DNA of 63,885 nucleotides, filler included, from Circinaria calcarea (taxonomy: Eukaryota): NCBI GenBank assembly GCA_051942165.1. It is 42 parts of 42 records of this genome, joined end to end, with 100 filler letters (N's around TTAATTAATTAA, not from the genome) between each part and the next. Parts side by side here need not be neighbours in the genome. Positions count along the whole stretch, not along the records: positions 1 to 1,437 come from JAVECS010004722.1; positions 1,538 to 2,974 come from JAVECS010004723.1; positions 3,075 to 4,511 come from JAVECS010004724.1; positions 4,612 to 6,048 come from JAVECS010004725.1; positions 6,149 to 7,585 come from JAVECS010004726.1; positions 7,686 to 9,122 come from JAVECS010004727.1; positions 9,223 to 10,659 come from JAVECS010004728.1; 35 more parts are not named here. One strand, 5' to 3'. Below, piece by piece: positions 1 through 10,759 of this stretch. The notes beneath the pieces were generated by a model. That model was not told where the DNA came from. It searched no databases and worked only from the letters and a program-made list of their open reading frames with translations. Both the position numbers and the translations under genes were made by a program. The first letter of the stretch is position 1; each line of letters opens with the position of its first letter.

Positions 1-123
1 AAAAAAAAAAAAAATAATTAATATTACGGAGAATTAATAAAAATATTTTTAATATTCAAAAAATTTAAAAAATATAAAATATAAAAATTAATAATTATTA
101 TAATAAAAAAAATATTAAAAAAA

Positions 124-1300
124 TATTACGGAATATAATAATAATAAATAATTTATAATTGAATTCTAAATTGTTAATATTTTTTAACTACGGTGGGATG
201 CGCTAGGTTATAAATAAACGCCTAAACGGCCCTGCGTATAGTGGGTCCATAATAATTGCCCCCTTTAGAAAATAAAAAGACGACGTCCTCGTCGTATAGA
301 GTAACAGCAGGCCGTTTAGCTCTAAGTATCATCCGTATATAGGGGCTCCGGCACCCCCCCGAAACCAAAGGGTTGGCTTCTAACAAGCGAGGACGACTAG
401 CATACACTGAAATTTTCTAGTACTTATATTAAGCTATTCACCGTGCCTGGGCTCCACCAGCCACTATACCCTGTGGTTTAATTCCTTTTATCCATTGTTT
501 CGGAACTGGCTTATAATAACGGAGCAGGCGTTGACTACTGCTATAGTCGTTTTAGAAGGGTGGACGTGCTATGGTAGGAGGCTATTCGCTGCGTTTCGTG
601 GCCTATTGTGCAGTAAGGCTTCCGGGGGCTGGAAGACGGTGATTCTGCCTATGAAGGACGGTGGTTACTGACGGGCTCGGGCATAGGTGTTACGTCCCTA
701 AGCTTCTTGGGCAAAGGCAATGCTTAGTCACTGGTATAAGGTAGGGGCTCTGTAGGTATGCACGAAGGTTCTATACCAATCACTTAGCAAGTAAGTAAGT
801 GATAATAGAAGTATATTGCTACACTTGTAAGGTCTTGACCACGACCGTCAAATACTACGGAAAAGATTGAGACTATATAGATCTTCCTGACGTTACACAG
901 AACGTCCAAAAGGGCGTGGACGCCGTGGACGCCGTGGACGCCGTGGACGTCGTTACGTCCAGCACGTCCAGCACGTCCAGCACGTCCAGCACGTCCAGTA
1001 CCACTGATACGCCTAGCCCGCGTACTGTTCAGACCTCTTGGCACAACCCCGCGGGGTGCGCCATTACAATAGGGCTCAGTGGTATAATAGCCACTCCGGT
1101 AAGGCCCCCAGTATCGCAATACCCTCCGATGGCAGAAGGGTGACCGCTTGACTCGAAATACTACCAATTTATCACGGAACGTAGTGGTGGTGAATAGCCT
1201 GTAGTTGAATTCTAAGCTGCCAGCACCTTTTAACTGCGGTGGGATACGCTAGGCTGCAAACGGACGCCTAAACGGCCCTGCGCACAATGGGTCCATAATA
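124..1300. repeat. Degenerate direct (tandem) duplication with RIP-type divergence
   Basis: ~124-255 aligns with ~1170-1300 (TAACTRCGGTGGGATRCGCTAGG...CGCCTAAACGGCCCTGCG...GGGTCCATAATAA). Differences are almost all C>T/G>A. Confidence 0.85.
688..1068 (-). mobile_element. Solo LTR, family A, 381 bp, with 5-bp TSD
   Basis: TGTTAC...ATTACA termini. ATAGG at 683-687 and 1069-1073. Homologous copies at 8559-8895 and 62048-62378. Strand is inferred from the TATA position. Confidence 0.93.
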
Positions 1301-1437
1301 AAAAATATTTAAATTATATTATATAAAAAATTTATTTATAAATTTAAATAATTAAATAATTAATTTTTTTTATATTTATTTAATTTATTATATATTTAAT
1401 TTTTATAATATTAATTATTTTTATTATTCTATAATAA

Positions 1438-1537
1438 NNNNNNNNNNNNNNNNNNNNNNNNNNNNNNNNNNNNNNNNNNNNTTAATTAATTAANNNNNNN
1501 NNNNNNNNNNNNNNNNNNNNNNNNNNNNNNNNNNNNN
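1438..1537. other. Artificial contig-joining spacer (first of 41 identical spacers, about every 1.5 kb)
   Basis: N44 + TTAATTAATTAA + N44 recurs identically. Inter-spacer segments decrease monotonically from 1437 to ~1407 bp. Confidence 0.99.
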
Positions 1538-1598
1538 GACCAGAGGAACTGCTGAAAAATAGGCAAGAAAACATGCTGATGGTAAACACTCATATATA

Positions 1599-1839
1599 GG
1601 TAGACAGAGGTACGCGGGTAGTGTCCCGGGGCGTCGAACTCACGGATACGGCATGGGTGGAGTTCTGGGAGACGATAAGGGATGTGCGGGAGTGTCGGGC
1701 GCGCATCGAGGGCGTGTTGGCTGAGGCCAGGAGGCGTCGGGAACAAGCAAGGTTAAAGGATGGGGTTACGGAGAGTGTTGAGGAGAGTATGGATGAGGAG
1801 AGTATTGAAGAGGAGGCAGCGGCAGAGACGATCGAGTAG
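1599..1839 (+). CDS. 3' exon of unknown protein with acidic C-terminus
   Basis: Branch site/AG ending at 1598, then open frame VDRGTRVVSRGVELTDTAWVEFWETIRD... to TAG. Confidence 0.5.
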
Positions 1840-3076
1840 GGCGGATAACGTCTGTCCCAGTTGGAAAGCAACCACCCAATTCGACAGCATAGTTTCGATC
1901 AATATTTTTAATCTCTTCGACCCAGCTCTTGGAAAGAAAAAGCTTTGCAGGAGAATTTGGTGTTTTGGGGGGGGGGGTTAACCCCAGCTAAGGTAGAATC
2001 GGTTCTCTTTCTGCAGCTCACGAAGGACAAAGGGGAAAGGGAAAGTGTCATTTTCAGTTCGGGGGGTGAGACACGTTCCTTTTTTTTTTTTAACCCTCGA
2101 AATTAACACTTCTCAATCAACTGTTGGGAAATAGGGCCCCCGTTTCACAGAACCTCATCCCCGCCCTGGATGGAGTCTTTTCATGAGGTTCTCTCCGCAC
2201 GAAAAGCTGGATGTGTAACCGCGCATGTAGCTGCCTCCCGCCCACACTCTTCTAAACCGGTACCTCGCCAGTACATCTACCCTTAGATAGCTCATATCCC
2301 GCACCCCTCACCCTACCTCCCTGAATCTGTTCTTCTTTTTTTTTAGGAGATCCATTGCCTACCCTACCAGACCACACCCCGTTCCCGTCTCATCCCTTCC
2401 ACCCAACCCCCCTCGCGCCGTAATTACCATCTTATAACGTAATAACCCAGTTCTACCCTCCTTCGCATCCTCTTCCGTAGCCCGACCCATCAAATCTGAC
2501 CACCGACTCCAAAGGTGACCGATGCATCCCCGTCCGCTCCGCCACACAATATGCCTGAGATCGGGCTGATGAGATTGTCCCCCCCTTTCCACCCCCCTTC
2601 ACCCCAAGGGGGATTTGGAGAAGAGGTAACCACTAGCGAAAAATACCAGATATTGGTAAATTTCATTTATCCTTTTTCGTTTTTGTTTTTCTTGGGGAGG
2701 AACCCATTCAGCAAGCAGGCAGACCGGGTCCGGGGAGGAGGGGGGCTTTTTTCCGAAATTTCCGGAAAGTCGAAAATCAAAAGTGGCAGACTCTTTTTTT
2801 GTTTCTCGGGAATTCGGTTGGCTGGCCTGATCCCTCTGGATTTTTTTTGTTGGGCTCTGAAAAGAACGGCATCGGACAAGCCGTAGGGGATATTGTCGTT
2901 TCTTGCTCTTCCCCTCACTATCCCCCTGTCATTTTACCCCCACCCTCATAACACCATCCACACGCCTCTATTCANNNNNNNNNNNNNNNNNNNNNNNNNN
3001 NNNNNNNNNNNNNNNNNNTTAATTAATTAANNNNNNNNNNNNNNNNNNNNNNNNNNNNNNNNNNNNNNNNNNNNCT

Positions 3077-4009
3077 TATTCCCCTCCCCAAACCACGACA
3101 GCCCCTACTCCTCTCCCCACTACGTCTATCACTCCACTTCTCTCTTCGCCCTCAAATCCCCACCTTACCCTCTACAAACTCCACGGCTCACTTGCACAAC
3201 CTAATCGAACCGCCACACTATCTGCCTTCACTCGCACTCCTCACCCTTCCATCCTCCTTTGCACCGATGTGGCATCCCGTGGTCTCGACCTACCCAATAT
3301 AGACCTCGTCATCGAATACGACCCTCCTTTCTCATCCGATGACCATCTACATCGCGTCGGCCGAACAGCACGTGCGGGAAGAGATGGGCGTGCAGTGATA
3401 TTCCTTATGCCGGGCGGCGAAGAAGAATACGTAGATATCCTCAAAGCGGGTTATCGAGATGGCCTCGGAAGGGGCTTGATTAGGAACGAAGCCGAGGAAA
3501 TCCTCAAGAAGGGATTTGGCCAGGAAGTCACTAGTGGTAGTGGTGGCGGTAAGATTATCGGACGGGACTGGGAGGAGAAGGCGACGGAATGGCAGCTCGA
3601 AGCGGAACGGTGGGTCATTGAGGACAAGCGCGCGGGAGAGATGGCCCGAAGGGCTTTCGTCAGTCACGTTCGAGCATACGCGACACATGTGGCGAAAGAG
3701 CGAGGCATGTTCGACGTCAAAGCTTTGCATTTGGGACATCTAGCCAAAGCGTTTGTGTTGAGGGAACGGCCTGGGAACATGGGTAGGGGGCCCACTGTGG
3801 GGGAGAAAGGCGCGAGAAAGAATCCCGGACCGCAGAGGAGTGCTCCGAGAAAGGAAGTGCCTGGTAATGGTGATGGGAAAGTCGTCAAGTCACGTGGAGA
3901 TGATGGTGATATCCCGGTGACGGTGACGGGTTCGCAAGAGGCGGCCAAGAGGATGAGAGCGAAGATGAAGGAGCATATGGCTGGCGCCAACGAGTTTAAT
4001 ATCGGCTAG
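3077..4009 (+). CDS. DBP7: DEAD-box RNA helicase DBP7, C-terminal part
   Basis: KLHGSL, CTDVASRGLD, HRVGRTARAG, and the C-terminal AFVSHVRAYATH...LHLGHLAKAF...EFNIG typical of Dbp7. Confidence 0.93.
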   Translation, partial: YSPPQTTTAPTPLPTTSITPLLSSPSNPHLTLYKLHGSLAQPNRTATLSAFTRTPHPSILLCTDVASRGLDLPNIDLVIEYDPPFSSDDHLHRVGRTARAGRDGRAVIFLMPGGEEEYVDILKAGYRDGLGRGLIRNEAEEILKKGFGQEVTSGSGGGKIIGRDWEEKATEWQLEAERWVIEDKRAGEMARRAFVSHVRAYATHVAKERGMFDVKALHLGHLAKAFVLRERPGNMGRGPTVGEKGARKNPGPQRSAPRKEVPGNGDGKVVKSRGDDGDIPVTVTGSQEAAKRMRAKMKEHMAGANEFNIG

Positions 4010-4046
4010 GAACCCCCCCCCTTCGTACGCAAGTAACCCCTGAAAT

Positions 4047-4511
4047 TCAATAAATATCCCACAGCGAGACTTTTCCATCCTTGGAGCCGGCGGCGAGCCA
4101 GTGCGTGGTTTGCGCTTTGTGATCCCGTCGCTGCTGCAGCATACCTGTTGCCCAACCTTGCCCCTCATGCGTCCTGACCGTTAATGCCATAGAAGCCTCT
4201 CCGGCGTCTTCTGACCCTTGCTCCGTCTCTACCAATCCCCCGTCTCTACCACTCCCAACCTCCTCCTCCTTCCCTTTCCCCTTTCCCCCTTTTCCCCCTT
4301 GAGACTCGACCGCCGCAAAAGCGGTCGCGTAGCAGCCGTCCCCGTGCCACTTCAGCACCGCAAGCTCTCGCATCGTCTTGGCCGAATAGACGCGCACGCG
4401 TGCGTCCCAACCGGCCGTGGCGAAGATTTTTCCGTCCGAGCGGATGGAGAGGCCTTGTTGGCCGGAGTGGCGGGTTGAGGCGGTTTGGAGGGGGGTTGAT
4501 GGTGGTGGAGG
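4047..4511 (-). CDS. ASA1: ASTRA-associated WD40 protein ASA1, C-terminal part
   Basis: GQQGLSIRSDGKIFATAGWDARVRVYSAKTMRELAVLKWH...HWLAAGSKDGKVSLWDIY. Confidence 0.88.
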   Translation of the reverse strand, partial: PPPPSTPLQTASTRHSGQQGLSIRSDGKIFATAGWDARVRVYSAKTMRELAVLKWHGDGCYATAFAAVESQGGKGGKGKGKEEEVGSGRDGGLVETEQGSEDAGEASMALTVRTHEGQGWATGMLQQRRDHKAQTTHWLAAGSKDGKVSLWDIY

Positions 4512-4889
4512 NNNNNNNNNNNNNNNNNNNNNNNNNNNNNNNNNNNNNNNNNNNNTTAATTAATTAANNNNNNNNNNNNNNNNNNNNNNNNNNNNNNNNN
4601 NNNNNNNNNNNATTACATTGCAAATATCTATAATAATACTACGCGCCACTATATAACATGACGACGATTATTACCTAATCCGGGGGGTGTACAACTATGA
4701 TTTTTGGGGTGTACGTGTAGGTTAAAGGGGTGTACATGTAATGGAAGCCGTGCACTAGCACGACTAGGCCAAGGGGGGAAGTTTCAAAGACCCCGCGTTT
4801 TCTCAAGGTTGTGAGCTTCGAGTCTCAGCACCATCTTCCTCCTTTCTATCCTCCAAACACCTTTGATCTGACCCGCTTTGACATTCGAT

Positions 4890-6048
4890 ATGGGGGGTGA
4901 AACGCATACACGAGTAGCTGCAAGCTCATATCCGAAGCTTGCAACGGGTCCAGTTGGGCAACAGGTAACAAGTATCTACAAAGAACGCCTCGGCCAGTTT
5001 ACCAGCAAGGGCCAATATGAAGGCCAAAATCTGATGGGGTTTGTGGTACTTGATTTATCAGCGACCTCGTGAATTAATCCTGTATAGGAAATTGTACGAA
5101 GGTCGCGCCACAGGTCCAGAGAATGTAAAGCTCTCGGTTTACTCTGTACCGGATTTAGCCCGTCCAACATTCAAGGAGGCAACTTCTCACGAGTTCAAAC
5201 CAACTCAAGTCGGCGAGTCGTTCGGACCCAGTTGGTCAACACACTGGTTTAAAGTGCAGCTCAAAGTTCCTGCGAACCTCCAGAAAAAGGAGTTGTTGGA
5301 GCTACATTGGGACGCCAATAACGAGGGGCTCGTGTGGACCGAGGATGGCGAACCTCTTCAAGGCCTTAGCGGGGGTGGTGAGCGCGTCGAATGGATCTTG
5401 CCTGAAGGTTTTAGAGATGGTAAAGAGCATACCATTTATATTGAAATGGCGTGCAACGGCATGTTTGGCAATGCAATGGGCGGGGACACCATTCAGCCCC
5501 CTGATATGAATAGATACTTTCAACTACACACAGCAGACATTGTAGCAGTCAACGTGGAAGCGAGAGCATTGTTCGTCGATTTCTGGATAATTGGAGGTAC
5601 GAGTTTTCACCTCGCCTTCTTTAAAAACATCACTAATCTCTGCAGATGCCGCTCGCGAATTCCCAGGGGACTCGTGGGAAGCGCACGAAGCTCTCCAAAT
5701 CGGAAATGCTATAATGGATGCTTTCATTGCTGGACACGGAAGCCAGGAGTCCATTCTAAAAGGTCGAGAAATTGCTCGAAAGTATATTGGCAACAATGTC
5801 GATTCCCCAAAGGTTTATGAAACAGACGAAAAATCCATCGTGTATGCGGTTGGACATTGCCATATTGATACTTGCTGGCTATGGCCTTGGGCAGAAACCA
5901 AGCGAAAAATAGCTAGGTCATGGGCAAACCAATGCAATCTGATGGACCGATACCCAGAGCATCGGTTTGCCTGCTCCCAAGCTCAGCAGTATAAATGGTT
6001 AGAGCAGCTATATCCTAGTCTATATGATCGTGTCAAGGCAAAGATAAA
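4890..6048 (+). CDS. AMS1: GH38 alpha-mannosidase, 5' part (introns 5039-5087, 5597-5645)
   Basis: GESFGPSWSTHWF, YIEMACNGMFG, GHCHIDTCWLWPWAETKRK. Confidence 0.95.
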
Positions 6049-6148
6049 NNNNNNNNNNNNNNNNNNNNNNNNNNNNNNNNNNNNNNNNNNNNTTAATTAA
6101 TTAANNNNNNNNNNNNNNNNNNNNNNNNNNNNNNNNNNNNNNNNNNNN

Positions 6149-6546
6149 GTCCGGGGCCATCCTCATTGTCGATATTGTCGCCACCTTCTTCTGTCTCTTT
6201 GGCTTCTTCGTCGGAGGACGGACGTCAATTGTCGCTGTTGTCCGAGTATGGAGTAAGTTCGACAGCAATCCCTAAGGTCCATTAACCTACTAACATGTCA
6301 TTTCTTAGTCTTCTGTCTTGGCATCTTTTGCGTCCTTGGTGGCCTCTACTATCTCCTCCAAGATAACGTTGGATTCGATAATCTTGTTCACGGCAAATCA
6401 CCCAAGAAGAACCAAAAGCAGCGATCACTGGAAGATTTCGGTAAGTCGAAATATCCTTTTCCCGATAGGAAAAGTTACAACAATGCTAATTCGATGCAGT
6501 CGTCTCATTACAACGTGTCTCCACTCAACACGAGAAGAGTGCATAG
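6149..6546 (+). CDS. PMA1: Plasma-membrane H+-ATPase, last three exons (introns 6253-6308, 6441-6499)
   Basis: Spliced: [42 protein letters not shown]...[23 protein letters not shown]. Not in the ORF track. Confidence 0.93.
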
Positions 6547-7039
6547 TCAAGCGATTCGTTTTGGTTTCTTCATGGAACAGTGGGTGTTGCGCCAAGGCTG
6601 GGCTGTGTGGAATGACTGGATAAACGAATATCGACACCTGTTGATACACCTATGTATATCTTCTGGCCCTCCCGACCTGTATCCCTTGTTTCAGTATACC
6701 CCAGTCTCGCGTACGACAGTCCTGGATCCCATCGATACACTACAATTTCCTTTGTTATTAATCAACAGGGTGGTTGGGGGGCTTTAGAATGAAAATTACA
6801 ATTGACGGGAGGCACTCATTGCGAGTATCATTAGCTCGATTGTGTACACATTTCCATAAATGCAATTAGTGCCTTTTGACTTTCGATGCGTGAGTGATTA
6901 AATCGTCTAGTGATTGCAATGTGACATGGTGACAAAATTAAAAACCCGTTTCCCTGTCCATCATAATCCCCCCGGTGTTTGCTTTTTTCTTCAGTCGCAA
7001 CGTTACACGGCAAGGTTACAGAACCCGTACTTGCTGTAA

Positions 7040-7510
7040 CTGGCTTTGGTTCGATTTCGTTTGATTTGATTTGATTTGATTTAATTTGATTTGATTTCCA
7101 AATGCAAAAGCCCTCCCTCTCCCTCTCCCTCTCTCTCCTAATACAACACAACACAACACAAAAACACACATCCTGCATGTAGCTGGCAGCCAACCCACAA
7201 CAACAAAACCCCCCTGAATTCCCCCTCCCTCGGGTTTTTCCGAGTTTTCCCTGGGATTTTCCTCGGGTTTTCCCTAACGTCGAATTATTATGTATGGAGT
7301 ATGGAGTATGGTAGTAAATAGATTTCACCAGGGTTGGTGCTGTGGTTGTTTTTTTTTGGGATTTTGGATTTTTGGGATTTTAAAGGAAAGGAATGGGATG
7401 GAGAGGAATGGAATGGAAAAGGGCTCGGCTGGGCTGGGATCTTGAGATTCTGAGTTCTGAACCGGGAACCCGGAACCCGGAACCAGGAGCCCGGGAATCC
7501 GGGAATCAAG
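7040..7510. repeat. Microsatellite/low-complexity cluster
   Basis: (GATTT)n, (CCCTCT)n, (ACACA)n, (GGAACCC)n. Confidence 0.85.
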
Positions 7511-7687
7511 GGTGAGGGTTGGATTATAGGGATGGGTGTGAATATGGGGAGTGTGAGGGTGAGTACGGTAGCATGCGTTTATGGGNNNNNNNNNNNNNNN
7601 NNNNNNNNNNNNNNNNNNNNNNNNNNNNNTTAATTAATTAANNNNNNNNNNNNNNNNNNNNNNNNNNNNNNNNNNNNNNNNNNNNCA

Positions 7688-8314
7688 TGCTGGACCTCCG
7701 TGAAATACAAGTATAGCAGCAGCCTATCCTCTTCCCCTCCCCCATCAGCCCACACCGGAAGTACGACACTACACAATAACGGTACGGGAATCAAAAGTTT
7801 TAAACTTGCCAACGCTAGCGGAAGGATATATAACATCCTCGACGCAACTCAGCTCGATGCAAATTATAACGAACTGCTCGCAAAACAGTCGATATCCGAT
7901 ATTAAAGCAATAGTCTTCGTTATAAACTGCGCAGCTTACGATCCGATGTTCCAAAAGTCGACCTCAGCCCCATTGAACGGGGATCTGGCACTCTATTCAT
8001 CCCTATGTAAAGCAAGTTGGGCTAAGAGCGCTCGAATGATACTATTGATCGATGGCCTTGGTACCTTTCGCGAAAAGGTGGAGGCTCTCGATCTGGACAA
8101 GTTCGTTTCGGAATACAAATGGGGTGTCAACATGGACAAGTTCATTGAGAATGGTCCAATGAGGTTTGAAAAGCTTGGACGAAGTTTTGGAAGGGAAACG
8201 CATTCACTGTACGCAGGGGAAGACTTTGAAGCTTTACAAAGGCCCGGTCCGATTGAACATTTGATTCTCTTGTTGGAGAGCTTTGCTTCAGAGGGAGAAA
8301 AGGAAGCAAATTAG
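7688..8314 (+). CDS. Highly divergent G-alpha-like protein, C-terminal Ras-like domain (probable pseudo-GTPase)
   Basis: Colinear similarity to G-alpha: TGI..., AIVFVINCAAYD, LALYSSLCKASWAKSARMILL, FREKV, FVSEYKWG, RFEKL. G3 reads DATQL and G4 reads IDGLG. Confidence 0.72.
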   Translation, partial: CWTSVKYKYSSSLSSSPPPSAHTGSTTLHNNGTGIKSFKLANASGRIYNILDATQLDANYNELLAKQSISDIKAIVFVINCAAYDPMFQKSTSAPLNGDLALYSSLCKASWAKSARMILLIDGLGTFREKVEALDLDKFVSEYKWGVNMDKFIENGPMRFEKLGRSFGRETHSLYAGEDFEALQRPGPIEHLILLLESFASEGEKEAN

Positions 8315-8558
8315 ACTGGCTTAAGCAGTTATGAGCCAAGAGAATCAGTTCTTGATGCGGTTGCGTGCTTGAAGGTACAAAGACTTTATACAAGGAGCGG
8401 AATCCATGCCTTATCACTCAGTCTCGGATAGTCGCAGTTAAGGGTGCCTACGCGTATATATCAGTCACTAGTTTCGCACGGAGCACCGTAAAAACTTATT
8501 ATTCATCGCATTATCTATATTATCAATGAAAAAATCTATTCTATACTTTTAATGCCTC

Positions 8559-8895
8559 TGTTACGTCCCTAAGCTTCTTAGGCAAAGGCAATGCTAGTCA
8601 CTGGTATAAGGCAGGGGCTCTGTAGATATGCACTAGGATTCTATACCAATTACTAGCAAGTAAGAAGTGACAATACAATTTTCTAATGTAAAGTACTGTA
8701 AGGTCTTGACCACGAGGATCCTAATACTACGGAAAAGACTGAGACTATATAGATCCCTCATGGTTACACAAGACGTCCGGAAAGGGGTGGACGTAATGGA
8801 CGTAGCCCACGTCCAGTACATCCAATACCACTGATACGCCAGTGACGCGTACTGTCCATACCTCTTGGCACAACCCTGCGGGTTGCGCCATTACA
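8559..8895 (-). mobile_element. LTR family A, second copy
   Basis: TGTTACGTCCCTAAGCTTCTT...GCGCCATTACA, highly similar to 688-1068 with a shorter internal repeat tract. No TSD (GCCTC vs TTTTT). Confidence 0.92.
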
Positions 8896-9342
8896 TTTTT
8901 TTATTTAATCCGGGTGATACTTTTAGGCTTTAAAGCAAGTGACTGAGTTGTCAGGGCCTACGGGCTGAAAGGCTCATCTGGCCCCAACCAGACCAAGCGT
9001 ATACGTGTGCAGAGTAGACGACGCGGCCGGAGACGCTATACTTGACCGGTCGATCTCGTATGCCAGATAGGTCGGTCGCAGAAGAGATTCCTTCAACGAC
9101 CATCAACCAATTCGGTTGCAATNNNNNNNNNNNNNNNNNNNNNNNNNNNNNNNNNNNNNNNNNNNNTTAATTAATTAANNNNNNNNNNNNNNNNNNNNNN
9201 NNNNNNNNNNNNNNNNNNNNNNGGGTTTAAGAGAGGGGAAAAAGGGGAATGGAGGGAAAATGGGAAATCAAGGGAAAAGTTATCAATAAAGCAAAGACCT
9301 TGGTCGCAGCTTCAATACATAGTTTTCGAAGTATGGTCCAAA

Positions 9343-9492
9343 TGTTGAGCATGCAGTAATGTATGGTGGCCTTCATGCTATCTGAGTGTGTACTCCCTAA
9401 CTACCTATGCTATGAAAAGTGCTTTTATGGTGTGTAGGGAGTGTTGAGCATGAACCTCCTATGCAACACATGCTTCGGTAAGCCCTATGACT
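9343..9492. other. Conserved non-coding element, copy 1
   Basis: Shares ordered blocks with 46725-46884. Core is bounded by the direct repeat TGTTGAGCATG (9343, 9442). Confidence 0.7.
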
Positions 9493-9647
9493 TCCAACAC
9501 CAAACTGTCAGGAAATGTGTTGCGCTTCCGAAATTTCCTAGGGTGCAAAAAGACCGCATTTGGCTTAATTGTGTATGAATTGGTTAATGCACCCTAGGTT
9601 GTACACTTCGATCGAATACGAAATTGGGAACAGCAGATTGGCGACCC

Positions 9648-10204
9648 TCAATTGAAGTAGCTAACACCCCTAACCACCTTATCGCACACATAACCGGTCA
9701 AAAAGGCATACACGCCCTTATGTAGCAGATCAATGACCTGTTCATTAATCGGCCACGTCCACGGCGGCGATGACGTCCCCGCCGTATTCTCCAATATCTC
9801 ATCCGTCATCAGACGCACCGCCATGAACATGAACGAACTCATAGGCCCGATCACGCCGTAATAGGCCATTGCCGCGCGGATGGGAGCCGTCAGGAGGCCA
9901 ACGCCCCAATGGTGGACGTGGTTGAGGAAGTCGGGATGCCGGTCTCGAGAGAGGCCGAGGAGGATGCCAGTGGTGTGACCCGGTACGTATGAGTTTGGGC
10001 GGTGGGTGAAGAACTGTTCGACTTTGTTGGACATGGTCATTCTATTGCACATTTTAAACATCAGTAACAACAGCAACGCTTGCCTGGACGCTTACAGCAG
10101 TCAACTTACCCCAGTACGCCTACCGCTCCGGCTACGATTCCAATGGTCATGGCCTGCCCAAACGAAACCTGCGGCGAGCGAGGATAGTTCCCCTTGTTTT
10201 CCAT
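9648..10204 (-). CDS. Complete small fungal membrane protein of unknown function (162 aa; intron 10042-10109)
   Basis: MENKGNYPRSPQVSFGQAMTIGIVAGAVGVLG|MTMSNKVEQFFTHRPNSYVPGHT...PWTWPINEQVIDLLHKGVYAF. Spliced length is 489 nt. Confidence 0.8.
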
Positions 10205-10759
10205 CTTGAAGACTTTGAACTTTCTCGCGGATTGAATTCGGGGAGGGAAAAGGACTTGGTCCAATCACAAGTAAGGTGGTTTTTGAACGCGTTTGCGGAG
10301 GGAAATATCCAAAGGAATTCCGTGGGTTTTTGTCGGACTGATCAAAAAAGAATGTTGTTTTGCTCACATTTCGCAAATCATAGCCGGAACCGACACAATA
10401 GTTACGTCAATGCCCTTCAACGGGACTATTATTTCTACCATATGGTACGGGCAACGGGAGAGACACTACGGAGCTGTCTGGCGCGTCCGTGTTCTTATCC
10501 CCGAGGCCTTAGCGAGATCCAAATAGTCAGATCCACGATCAAAAATCATGGATACGCATTTTTTCAAAATAACATGTAGAATTCCCGTTATGATACTCTG
10601 ACATTGAGCTCGAAAAACCCCCTCGCTTATGGTAGCGCCCGTCCCCCCAGTGTCAGCCCNNNNNNNNNNNNNNNNNNNNNNNNNNNNNNNNNNNNNNNNN
10701 NNNTTAATTAATTAANNNNNNNNNNNNNNNNNNNNNNNNNNNNNNNNNNNNNNNNNNNN

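Noticed and set aside
784..1167. ORFs with GRA/HGV and DAV/STS repeats
   Set aside because: Translations of 9-bp repeats inside a solo LTR.
6831..7509. Minus-strand ORFs (IKSNQ, RE repeats)
   Set aside because: Microsatellite translations downstream of PMA1.
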